Counted from the first letter of the stretch, positions 29,561 to 38,314 are shown. The stretch is 64,000 nucleotides of DNA from an uncultured Bacteroidales bacterium (GCA_947168515.1 CAMVMF010000002.1:62504-126503), one strand, 5' to 3'. Numbers and translations: made by a program. The notes: generated from the sequence alone by a model not told the origin.

Positions 29561-30270
29561 GTAAGTGAAAGGTAAAAAGTAAAAACTAAAATCTAAAATG
29601 GGATAGACAGATGCTATGTCAATAAACTTTTTAGTTTTTAGTTTTTACCTTTTACTTTTCCAAGTATCACGAGTGTAAGAATACGTGAAAATACGTGAGA
29701 TACGCGGAGCCCATTCGAATTGAGAGTTGAGAATTGAGAGTTGAGAATTGAGAGTTGAGAATTTGGTAAGGTAAAAACTAAGAAGGACTAGACATTACAA
29801 CTATATATAATCATTATTTTCCACGTATCACAAGGATCACGAGGATAAAAAATACGTGAAAATACGCGAGATCCGCGGAGCCTATTTGGTATAAGTAAAA
29901 ACTAAAATCTAAAAGGGGATAGATAGATGCTATGTCAATAAACTTTTTAGTTTTTAGTTTTTACCTTTTACTTTTTACTTTTTACCTTTTACTTTGAAAA
30001 GCTCTCAACCCCGCCCACCCTTTTAGTTTTTAGTTTTTACCTTTTACTTTTCCAAGTATCACGAGTATTAGAATACGTGAATATACGTGAGATACGCGGA
30101 GCAAATCATCAGAAACCGTTTAGTTTTTAGTTTTTACTTTTTACTTTTTACCTTTTACTTTGAAAAGCTCTCAACCCCGCCCACCCTTTTACTTTTTACT
30201 TTTTACCTTTTACTTTGAAAAGCTCTCAACCCCGCCCACCCTTTTAGTTTTTACCTTTTACTTTTCCAAG
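29561..30270. repeat. Mosaic field of short non-coding repeat modules: T-rich hexamer arms, long imperfect palindromes, a TACGYG triplet module, a 14-bp tandem and a 55-bp tandem
   Basis: The modules recur 2-6 times each (details in findings). No ORF of 60 aa or more exists in any frame here. Confidence 0.85.
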
Positions 30271-30342
30271 CCAAGTCGATTGCTATAGGCTTTACGGGCA
30301 GAAAAAAAAATTCAAAAAAAAGTTTTATTAAAAAAAATAATG

Positions 30343-30350
30343 TATTTTTG
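30343..30350 (+). promoter_or_regulatory. Bacteroidota -7 promoter box TAnnTTTG (TATTTTTG)
   Basis: Exact consensus match ending 16 nt upstream of the ATG at 30366, in an A/T-rich context. The box lies inside the duplicated segment. Confidence 0.55.
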
Positions 30351-30365
30351 TAAAAAATTATAGCC

Positions 30366-31403
30366 ATGAAGATACTATCTATTCATTCGGTAGGAATCTG
30401 TGTGTCAGAGAGATGTTTTGTTGCTAAAAGGTTCTTCCCCTTGTGGGTAAGTGTGTTGTTTTTGATTCCGAACCTGTCGGCCCAATCTACATGGGTTAGT
30501 CAGGTGGAACGTTACGTTGGACAATCAGGACGGAATCTGATAGTGCGCTCAACGTCCCCTACTAGTGCCATTATGTGCAGCAAGACTATGCAATGGACAG
30601 GGGAACACACCTTTAGGCATAGTAGTCTGACTGGAGGGACTAAGGGGTTCAAATGCGATCTTTCCGCCCTACTCACCGACAGTGTCAACACCTTTGTTGT
30701 CAAAGACATGTATGTTCTTGATAGTGTTTGCTATTTCTGCGGGTACATTTCAGTAAAATGGGGAGAACCTATGTATAACCCTCAAGGTGAGATTGTTAAC
30801 TCGGGCTGGTATCAAAATGGGGTGGTGGGTCTCTTTAATATTTCGGATTTTAATTTTTCGAATGTGAATCTGCAGCTGCTGCGAATAAACGAGGTGGACA
30901 GCCTTACGCATTTGGTAGTTCAAAATGACAACCCATCCATTGGACCGTTGATTATGGCAGTGGGCAGAACTTCGCTTACCCAGCCTACGTCATGCGTGGT
31001 TGAGCTACAGCATCCTTTGGGTCTCTCCTCCCTAAATACATGGACAAAACGTATCGTTCAGCCACAATGTGTTGAGGATGATGAGTATCTGACAGACATC
31101 GTACTGACCGACAGTTATGTGGAGGTGGTGTCCAAACTGCCGTATCGGGGAGAGGAGGAAGACCCCAACCACTATTGCTTCCGTCTGCACCAGACCAAGC
31201 GGGATGGCTTTTACGTTATGTCTGCCAATCCCGGCGTTCCAGCCACCGTTGCACAATCATCTATACCCAATAGCGAGCCTACTATCTTTGAATGCCAATG
31301 GTCTGTGTTCGGAAAAAACACTAAACTATACCCGATATTTAGAATACCTGTACAGGACTTTTCCTCTATTTCGGATTGCCTAATTGAAGAGGAAGGCCAT
31401 TGA
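30366..31403 (+). CDS. Hypothetical secreted protein, 345 aa, no recognisable domain (cassette gene 1, copy 1)
   Basis: Long ORF with a hydrophobic signal-like segment FFPLWVSVLFLIPNLSAQ. It sits 32 nt upstream of the cargo-gene ORF. I recognise no family motif. Confidence 0.6.
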   Translation: MKILSIHSVGICVSERCFVAKRFFPLWVSVLFLIPNLSAQSTWVSQVERYVGQSGRNLIVRSTSPTSAIMCSKTMQWTGEHTFRHSSLTGGTKGFKCDLSALLTDSVNTFVVKDMYVLDSVCYFCGYISVKWGEPMYNPQGEIVNSGWYQNGVVGLFNISDFNFSNVNLQLLRINEVDSLTHLVVQNDNPSIGPLIMAVGRTSLTQPTSCVVELQHPLGLSSLNTWTKRIVQPQCVEDDEYLTDIVLTDSYVEVVSKLPYRGEEEDPNHYCFRLHQTKRDGFYVMSANPGVPATVAQSSIPNSEPTIFECQWSVFGKNTKLYPIFRIPVQDFSSISDCLIEEEGH

Positions 31404-31447
31404 CATTGAAGATGAGGCTAGCATAAACATCCTAATTGGTCTATATT

Positions 31448-32947
31448 ATGAAGAAGATATTGTTATTATTAGTATTGTCAATCATGGCTGTGCTGGGATG
31501 GGGTCAGTCACCCGACACTGTCTATAACCGTTCCAATGAACTGTACTATTCAGAATGGTATGACACGTGTGCTTATTTCTATAGCGTTCCAGCTTACTCA
31601 CGCTATTCCTATTGCCTTTTTACTAGAACGAGTGATGAGGAAGATACAACATTCCACTTTTACAATTTTCATATAGTGCCTGACTATGTTTCGCGACCTT
31701 TGAAGGTGCGAGGTCTGGCCGCGATGGTCACAATGACCTGGGAGTTTTGTTGGTGGAGAGGATGCTTCTGGTACTCCCCTACCCGCCTGCCAGAGTACCT
31801 ATATCTGTATCAGAAGGTGGGAGACTCGTTGGTAAAACTGAAAGAGGTGCGTTGGGACACGGCCACGCCACAAATATATAAACTGCCATGCAACCACGAC
31901 ACGGCCACTTGGGGTTTCGACTCCTGCTACCTGTATCGGGTCTATTTCGACACGGCTGTAACGGTCGACTCGGTGTTCTATATCGGTGGGTCGTTCTTCA
32001 ACAATTTGATGCCTGATGATTTGGCTTATCTGCACGCTCCCACCTTATATGTGGGAATGTCGTCTCCATATAGTCCGCGGCCTCGCTATCACAATAAAAA
32101 CCTGTTTGGGTTAAATACAAGCGGTAGGGATATTTGGTTTCCTGACGATATGTATAATGATTTGTGGGGTCCCTTTTTTGCCATAGCGCCGGACACGAGC
32201 GTGCTGCTGGATGTGCGGACGAGCGACAGCACGATGGGACAGGTGGATGGCGGCGGCTGGTATCTGGACTCGTCGCTGATGACAATCCAGGCCATACCTA
32301 GTAGGCACTACCATTTCACTCATTGGGATGACGGTGACACCAGCAACCCGCGAACGGTGCTGCTGACAAAGGACACGATGTTCACCGCCTATTTCCAAGA
32401 GGACGAGAGGTACGAAATCAATGCATTGGCGACCCCCATAGAGGCAGGGCTGGTTGAAGGGGCAGGGGTTTATTATGCCGGTGACACGGTGGTGTTGAGT
32501 GCCGTTGCAAGAGAGGGTTATGTGTTCGACAGGTGGAATCTTCCGAGTTGGCATGAGCCTGTGAGGGTGACTGCAAACGAGGGTTATGTGTTCGACAGAC
32601 GGAACGACAGCATCTACCAAAACCCGCTCACCTTGGTGGCCTCACAGAACGGCACTTACATGGCAAACTTCAGCCGAGTGCTGTCGATAGAAGAGTGCGA
32701 CAGTGAGGGTGTGGCCTTTACGATAATGCCCAATCCGGCACGCGGACGGGTGACGCTGTTGCTGCCGGAAGGCAAGTTGGGAAAGGGCGTGTTGCTGTTG
32801 CGAGACGAGTCGGGCAAGGAGCTGCGCCGCCTTAAAACCGATGGGGGACAGCTGACACTTTCGATCGGCGACCTCGCTGCAGGGGCTTATTATGTGACCT
32901 TGGAGACAGCCCAAGGCAGCGCCACACGGAAACTTATGGTGGAGTGA
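31448..32947 (+). CDS. T9SS cargo protein: unknown Trp/Tyr-rich N-terminal domain, two InlB-B-type repeats and a type-A CTD (cassette gene 2, copy 1)
   Basis: Start taken at the ATG giving MKKILLLLVLSIMAVLGWGQ (the track starts at an upstream TTG, 31436). B-repeats read RHYHFTHWDDGDTSNP and EGYVFDRWN. The CTD reads FTIMPNPARGRVTLLLP...GAYYVTLETAQGSATRKLMVE. Confidence 0.8.
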   Translation: MKKILLLLVLSIMAVLGWGQSPDTVYNRSNELYYSEWYDTCAYFYSVPAYSRYSYCLFTRTSDEEDTTFHFYNFHIVPDYVSRPLKVRGLAAMVTMTWEFCWWRGCFWYSPTRLPEYLYLYQKVGDSLVKLKEVRWDTATPQIYKLPCNHDTATWGFDSCYLYRVYFDTAVTVDSVFYIGGSFFNNLMPDDLAYLHAPTLYVGMSSPYSPRPRYHNKNLFGLNTSGRDIWFPDDMYNDLWGPFFAIAPDTSVLLDVRTSDSTMGQVDGGGWYLDSSLMTIQAIPSRHYHFTHWDDGDTSNPRTVLLTKDTMFTAYFQEDERYEINALATPIEAGLVEGAGVYYAGDTVVLSAVAREGYVFDRWNLPSWHEPVRVTANEGYVFDRRNDSIYQNPLTLVASQNGTYMANFSRVLSIEECDSEGVAFTIMPNPARGRVTLLLPEGKLGKGVLLLRDESGKELRRLKTDGGQLTLSIGDLAAGAYYVTLETAQGSATRKLMVE

Positions 32948-33216
32948 GGCGGGGTCACCGTCGACAGCCTGAAGCGCGGCTGACGGCGTCGGCTAGTGCA
33001 TACGGAACATGTATGCATTCTGAATGTTAGGGATATTTTTTCGTATTCTTCCTTTTGAAAAAACACGAATTGCGACGTAATGGACAAATTTTAGGCTGAA
33101 ATCTTTGTAACGTATGTAATTATTAACAAGATATAGCGTTCAAAGATTATGAACAAAAAAATGCATACATTGTGGTAGTCCGATAACAAAGAAAAATGGC
33201 ATATTTAAAAAAAAAG

Positions 33217-33224
33217 TATTTTTG
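33217..33224 (+). promoter_or_regulatory. Bacteroidota -7 promoter box (TATTTTTG), copy 2
   Basis: Same sequence and spacing to the ATG at 33240 as in copy 1. Confidence 0.55.
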
Positions 33225-33239
33225 TAAAAAATTATAGCC

Positions 33240-34277
33240 ATGAAGATACTATCTATTCATTCGGTAGGAATCTGTGTGTCAGAGAGATGTTTTGTTGCTA
33301 AAAGGTTCTTCCCCTTGTGGGTAAGTGTGTTGTTTTTGATTCCGAACCTGTCGGCCCAATCTACATGGGTTAGTCAGGTGGAACGTTACGTTGGACAATC
33401 AGGACGGAATCTGATAGTGCGCTCAACGTCCCCTACTAGTGCCATTATGTGCAGCAAGACTATGCAATGGACAGGGGAACACACCTTTAGGCATAGTAGT
33501 CTGACTGGAGGGACTAAGGGGTTCAAATGCGATCTTTCCGCCCTACTCACCGACAGTGTCAACACCTTTGTTGTCAAAGACATGTATGTTCTTGATAGTG
33601 TTTGCTATTTCTGCGGGTACATTTCAGTAAAATGGGGAGAACCTATGTATAACCCTCAAGGTGAGATTGTTAACTCGGGCTGGTATCAAAATGGGGTGGT
33701 GGGTCTCTTTAATATTTCGGATTTTAATTTTTCGAATGTGAATCTGCAGCTGCTGCGAATAAACGAGGTGGACAGCCTTACGCATTTGGTAGTTCAAAAT
33801 GACAACCCATCCATTGGACCGTTGATTATGGCAGTGGGCAGAACTTCGCTTACCCAGCCTACGTCATGCGTGGTTGAGCTACAGCATCCTTTGGGTCTCT
33901 CCTCCCTAAATACATGGACAAAACGTATCGTTCAGCCACAATGTGTTGAGGATGATGAGTATCTGACAGACATCGTACTGACCGACAGTTATGTGGAGGT
34001 GGTGTCCAAACTGCCGTATCGGGGAGAGGAGGAAGACCCCAACCACTATTGCTTCCGTCTGCACCAGACCAAGCGGGATGGCTTTTACGTTATGTCTGCC
34101 AATCCCGGCGTTCCAGCCACCGTTGCACAATCATCTATACCCAATAGCGAGCCTACTATCTTTGAATGCCAATGGTCTGTGTTCGGAAAAAACACTAAAC
34201 TATACCCGATATTTAGAATACCTGTACAGGACTTTTCCTCTATTTCGGATTGCCTAATTGAAGAGGAAGGCCATTGA
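33240..34277 (+). CDS. Hypothetical secreted protein, 345 aa (cassette gene 1, copy 2)
   Basis: Translation is identical to 30366..31403. Confidence 0.6.
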   Translation: MKILSIHSVGICVSERCFVAKRFFPLWVSVLFLIPNLSAQSTWVSQVERYVGQSGRNLIVRSTSPTSAIMCSKTMQWTGEHTFRHSSLTGGTKGFKCDLSALLTDSVNTFVVKDMYVLDSVCYFCGYISVKWGEPMYNPQGEIVNSGWYQNGVVGLFNISDFNFSNVNLQLLRINEVDSLTHLVVQNDNPSIGPLIMAVGRTSLTQPTSCVVELQHPLGLSSLNTWTKRIVQPQCVEDDEYLTDIVLTDSYVEVVSKLPYRGEEEDPNHYCFRLHQTKRDGFYVMSANPGVPATVAQSSIPNSEPTIFECQWSVFGKNTKLYPIFRIPVQDFSSISDCLIEEEGH

Positions 34278-34321
34278 CATTGAAGATGAGGCTAGCATAA
34301 ACATCCTAATTGGTCTATATT

Positions 34322-35821
34322 ATGAAGAAGATATTGTTATTATTAGTATTGTCAATCATGGCTGTGCTGGGATGGGGTCAGTCACCCGACACTGTCTATA
34401 ACCGTTCCAATGAACTGTACTATTCAGAATGGTATGACACGTGTGCTTATTTCTATAGCGTTCCAGCTTACTCACGCTATTCCTATTGCCTTTTTACTAG
34501 AACGAGTGATGAGGAAGATACAACATTCCACTTTTACAATTTTCATATAGTGCCTGACTATGTTTCGCGACCTTTGAAGGTGCGAGGTCTGGCCGCGATG
34601 GTCACAATGACCTGGGAGTTTTGTTGGTGGAGAGGATGCTTCTGGTACTCCCCTACCCGCCTGCCAGAGTACCTATATCTGTATCAGAAGGTGGGAGACT
34701 CGTTGGTAAAACTGAAAGAGGTGCGTTGGGACACGGCCACGCCACAAATATATAAACTGCCATGCAACCACGACACGGCCACTTGGGGTTTCGACTCCTG
34801 CTACCTGTATCGGGTCTATTTCGACACGGCTGTAACGGTCGACTCGGTGTTCTATATCGGTGGGTCGTTCTTCAACAATTTGATGCCTGATGATTTGGCT
34901 TATCTGCACGCTCCCACCTTATATGTGGGAATGTCGTCTCCATATAGTCCGCGGCCTCGCTATCACAATAAAAACCTGTTTGGGTTAAATACAAGCGGTA
35001 GGGATATTTGGTTTCCTGACGATATGTATAATGATTTGTGGGGTCCCTTTTTTGCCATAGCGCCGGACACGAGCGTGCTGCTGGATGTGCGGACGAGCGA
35101 CAGCACGATGGGACAGGTGGATGGCGGCGGCTGGTATCTGGACTCGTCGCTGATGACAATCCAGGCCATACCTAGTAGGCACTACCATTTCACTCATTGG
35201 GATGACGGTGACACCAGCAACCCGCGAACGGTGCTGCTGACAAAGGACACGATGTTCACCGCCTATTTCCAAGAGGACGAGAGGTACGAAATCAATGCAT
35301 TGGCGACCCCCATAGAGGCAGGGCTGGTTGAAGGGGCAGGGGTTTATTATGCCGGTGACACGGTGGTGTTGAGTGCCGTTGCAAGAGAGGGTTATGTGTT
35401 CGACAGGTGGAATCTTCCGAGTTGGCATGAGCCTGTGAGGGTGACTGCAAACGAGGGTTATGTGTTCGACAGACGGAACGACAGCATCTACCAAAACCCG
35501 CTCACCTTGGTGGCCTCACAGAACGGCACTTACATGGCAAACTTCAGCCGAGTGCTGTCGATAGAAGAGTGCGACAGTGAGGGTGTGGCCTTTACGATAA
35601 TGCCCAATCCGGCACGCGGACGGGTGACGCTGTTGCTGCCGGAAGGCAAGTTGGGAAAGGGCGTGTTGCTGTTGCGAGACGAGTCGGGCAAGGAGCTGCG
35701 CCGCCTTAAAACCGATGGGGGACAGCTGACACTTTCGATCGGCGACCTCGCTGCAGGGGCTTATTATGTGACCTTGGAGACAGCCCAAGGCACCGCCACA
35801 CGGAAACTTATGGTGGAGTGA
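34322..35821 (+). CDS. T9SS cargo protein (cassette gene 2, copy 2)
   Basis: Identical to copy 1 except Ser to Thr near the C-terminus (AGC at 32918-32920 versus ACC at 35792-35794). Confidence 0.8.
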   Translation: MKKILLLLVLSIMAVLGWGQSPDTVYNRSNELYYSEWYDTCAYFYSVPAYSRYSYCLFTRTSDEEDTTFHFYNFHIVPDYVSRPLKVRGLAAMVTMTWEFCWWRGCFWYSPTRLPEYLYLYQKVGDSLVKLKEVRWDTATPQIYKLPCNHDTATWGFDSCYLYRVYFDTAVTVDSVFYIGGSFFNNLMPDDLAYLHAPTLYVGMSSPYSPRPRYHNKNLFGLNTSGRDIWFPDDMYNDLWGPFFAIAPDTSVLLDVRTSDSTMGQVDGGGWYLDSSLMTIQAIPSRHYHFTHWDDGDTSNPRTVLLTKDTMFTAYFQEDERYEINALATPIEAGLVEGAGVYYAGDTVVLSAVAREGYVFDRWNLPSWHEPVRVTANEGYVFDRRNDSIYQNPLTLVASQNGTYMANFSRVLSIEECDSEGVAFTIMPNPARGRVTLLLPEGKLGKGVLLLRDESGKELRRLKTDGGQLTLSIGDLAAGAYYVTLETAQGTATRKLMVE

Positions 35822-35934
35822 GGCGGGTCACCGTCGACAGCCTGAAGCGCGGCTGACGGTGTCGGCTAGTGCATACGGAACATGTATGCATTCTGAATGT
35901 TAGGAATATTTTTTCGTATTCTTCCTTTTGAATA

Positions 35935-35976
35935 AACACGAATTGCCTATAAATAAAAAAAAGGGTAATTCGTGTT
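35935..35976 (+). terminator. Hairpin after cassette copy 2
   Basis: aacacgaatt ... aattcgtgtt forms a perfect 10-bp stem with an A-rich 22-nt loop, followed by tt. The right boundary of the duplication falls just after the left arm, in the loop (identity ends at 35946). Confidence 0.5.
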
Positions 35977-36022
35977 TTGATATTCTTTATTCATGTATTA
36001 TGAATAAATCGGATTTTTTGTG

Positions 36023-36030
36023 TATCTTTG
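36023..36030 (+). promoter_or_regulatory. Bacteroidota -7 promoter box (TATCTTTG)
   Basis: Exact TAnnTTTG match 23 nt upstream of the ATG at 36053. It lies inside the track ORF that starts at GTG 36020, which argues for the ATG start. Confidence 0.5.
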
Positions 36031-36052
36031 CATTTTAATCACGTTCACAGGA

Positions 36053-37594
36053 ATGCGGATAAATGTTTTAAAATGTGTGCTGTGGCTTTTGGCAATGCTG
36101 GCTTTTGTGCCGGTGCAGGCGCAGAAACTCATCACCTATGATGCCGGTATGGGTACCCGAGACCCCTCTGACCCCGATGTTTGGATATTGTATGACAAGG
36201 TCAAGGCGGTGCATGAGGGGATGACCCTCTATGCCGACTCGGCACTGCTGAACACGGTGCGCAACGACTTTGTGGCCTTCGGCAATATCAAGGTGGTGGT
36301 GACGGACACCACCACTATCTATGGCGACCAACTATATTATGATGGCGAGACCCGCGTGGTGGAGATATGGGACGATACGGTACGCATGATTGATGGCAAA
36401 ACCGTCCTCAAATCCGACCATCTTACATACGACCGTTTCTCTTCTATCGCTTCTTATGATTCCTGGGGCATAACCACCAACGAAAAACGTCGTTTGTTCA
36501 GCAAAGTGGGCTACTATAATTCCGACCTCAAGATTTTCGACATCTATGATTCTGTCTTTCTTACCGACACTAACATGAGGCTAGAGACCGACACGCTCAC
36601 CTATGAGATGAACGCTCATACGGCTTACTTTTGGAGCCCGACCCATGTCTACACTGACTCCACCACCGTATATAGCGAGCGGGGCACCTACAACACCGAG
36701 CAACGGGTGGCTCACTCCGTCAAGTCGTCGCAGGTGCACCACCATGGCGGACAACACATCTACAGCGATACCCTCGACTACTACGAGGAAATAGATTTTG
36801 GCAAGGCTATCGGCCATGTGGTAATACACGATACCGTTAATGATATCATCAGTACCAGCCGTTATGCTGAGACCAACCAGCAAACCCGCACCTCTTTTGT
36901 CACCGATAGCGCCCTGGTGCGTTTCATCAATCGCAATGAGGAAGACTCGCTTGCCACCCCCGACACACTCTATCTGCATGCCGATAGTATTTTTGTCACC
37001 AACGATTCCACCAAAGAACTCGAATCGGTGATGGCCTATCGCCATGTCAAGGTCTTCCGTGGTGATGCCCAGGCCATGAGCGACTCTATTTACTACACTG
37101 CCTCGGATTCCATCATGCGGCTGTTTTACAACCCTGTAGTATGGTACAACGATTATCAGGCAACGGCCGACACCATTGTAATCCAGCACGACTCTGCCGG
37201 AGCCAAGAAGGCCTTTTTCCATAACAACAGCTTTTTCATCGAAAGGCTCGACCGCGAGAAGTTCAACCAGGTGAAAGGTCGTAATACGGTGGTCTCTTTC
37301 GTCGACGGAGAGCCCTCGTATGCGGATATTCTAGGCAATGCCGAAATGACTTACCACATCACAGATGAGGATGCTTATGGCAATAAATTGCTCGTGGGTG
37401 TCAACGCCGGCATCGGTTCCGACATGCGCGTTTATTTTGTCGACCGTGCCCCCGACCGAGTGGTCACTTTCGGCAACCCCGACATGCAGACATACCCCAT
37501 CGAACAGCTGCCGCAAGAAAAGAAGTTCCTCCAAAATTTCCATTGGTTCGATGCCGAGAGACCCAAACGGCCTATGGATGTTTTCAAGTGGTGA
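36053..37594 (+). CDS. OstA-like (LptA/LptD N-terminal fold) periplasmic protein
   Basis: Signal peptide ending VQAQ. Repeated beta-jellyroll-like segments follow, with recurring D.L.Y motifs (ADSALLN, GDQLYYD, SDHLTYD, TDTLTYE, SDTLDYY), as in Bacteroidota OstA-like proteins. Confidence 0.6.
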   Translation: MRINVLKCVLWLLAMLAFVPVQAQKLITYDAGMGTRDPSDPDVWILYDKVKAVHEGMTLYADSALLNTVRNDFVAFGNIKVVVTDTTTIYGDQLYYDGETRVVEIWDDTVRMIDGKTVLKSDHLTYDRFSSIASYDSWGITTNEKRRLFSKVGYYNSDLKIFDIYDSVFLTDTNMRLETDTLTYEMNAHTAYFWSPTHVYTDSTTVYSERGTYNTEQRVAHSVKSSQVHHHGGQHIYSDTLDYYEEIDFGKAIGHVVIHDTVNDIISTSRYAETNQQTRTSFVTDSALVRFINRNEEDSLATPDTLYLHADSIFVTNDSTKELESVMAYRHVKVFRGDAQAMSDSIYYTASDSIMRLFYNPVVWYNDYQATADTIVIQHDSAGAKKAFFHNNSFFIERLDREKFNQVKGRNTVVSFVDGEPSYADILGNAEMTYHITDEDAYGNKLLVGVNAGIGSDMRVYFVDRAPDRVVTFGNPDMQTYPIEQLPQEKKFLQNFHWFDAERPKRPMDVFKW

Positions 37595-37667
37595 CAAATT
37601 GGCATACTCCTGTCAATTGGCATGGAAAGTGAACGCCTTTTTCAACGTGAATTGAAAATTATGTATT

Positions 37668-38282
37668 ATGAACGAAGAAAATAAAGAAAAACAGAAAGAA
37701 GAAATCAAAGATACACAGGCTTCCGAGCCTACGCAAGGCCAAGCAGGTCAGCAGGCCGACGCTACCGAAGAACCTGCAGCAGAACAGCATCAGAGCCGTC
37801 GCGAGCGTCGCCGACATCGCGAACAACGTGACGAGAACGCGCAGAAAGTGCAGGAACTGGGCCAAAAGCTCATCGAGGCCAACGACAAGTACGTGCGTAT
37901 CTATTCGGAGTATGAGAACTACCGCAAGCGTACCACCCTGGAAAAGGCCGACCTCCTTCTCAACGGCGCCAAGGACACCATCAAAGCCATCCTGCCCGTA
38001 GTGGATGATTTCGAGCGCGCCCTGGAGCATATCGCTGACGACGATGCCTCTAAAGAAGGAGTGCAGTTAATCTATAACAAGATGATGAAGATTCTCGAAC
38101 AGAAGGGGCTGAAGCCGATGGAGGCCAAAGGCCAAAAATTCGATGAGAATCTCCATGAGGCCGTCACCCAATTCCCTGCTGCCGACGACAGCCAGAAAGG
38201 CATGGTTGTGGATGTGGTGGAAAAAGGCTACTACCTCAACGACAAAGTGCTTCGCTATGCTAAAGTAGTGGTGGCTATTTAG
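37668..38282 (+). CDS. grpE: Nucleotide exchange factor GrpE
   Basis: Acidic/basic N-terminus followed by YENYRKRT and the GrpE core. It lies immediately upstream of dnaJ. Confidence 0.9.
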   Translation: MNEENKEKQKEEIKDTQASEPTQGQAGQQADATEEPAAEQHQSRRERRRHREQRDENAQKVQELGQKLIEANDKYVRIYSEYENYRKRTTLEKADLLLNGAKDTIKAILPVVDDFERALEHIADDDASKEGVQLIYNKMMKILEQKGLKPMEAKGQKFDENLHEAVTQFPAADDSQKGMVVDVVEKGYYLNDKVLRYAKVVVAI

Positions 38283-38314
38283 TTTTTGTTTTTTTTTGAA
38301 AGAGAGAGTGTTAT

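Larger units (their letters stand above)
30342..33073 (+). repeat. Duplicated 2.73-kb cassette, copy 1
   Basis: The offset to copy 2 is 2874 bp (2873 bp after a 1-bp indel). All sense and antisense ORF translations are identical between copies except one residue. Confidence 0.95.
33216..35946 (+). repeat. Duplicated 2.73-kb cassette, copy 2
   Basis: See copy 1. The copies are separated by a unique 142-bp spacer (33074-33215). Confidence 0.95.

Noticed and set aside
29561-30270. A possible CRISPR array in the repeat-dense region upstream of the duplicated cassette.
   Set aside because: There is no constant repeat alternating with unique spacers of regular length. Several different modules are interleaved, some inverted and some in tandem without spacers. 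No cas genes are in the window.
37595-37623. A direct repeat AATTGGCAT x2, 18 bp apart, upstream of grpE; the TGGCAT made me consider a sigma-54 -24/-12 promoter or a heat-shock operator.
   Set aside because: The spacing and downstream element (TGTCA instead of TTGC at the -12 position) do not fit the sigma-54 consensus. The first copy begins one nt after the OstA-like gene's stop codon (TGA, 37592-37594). Two 9-mers alone are weak evidence.
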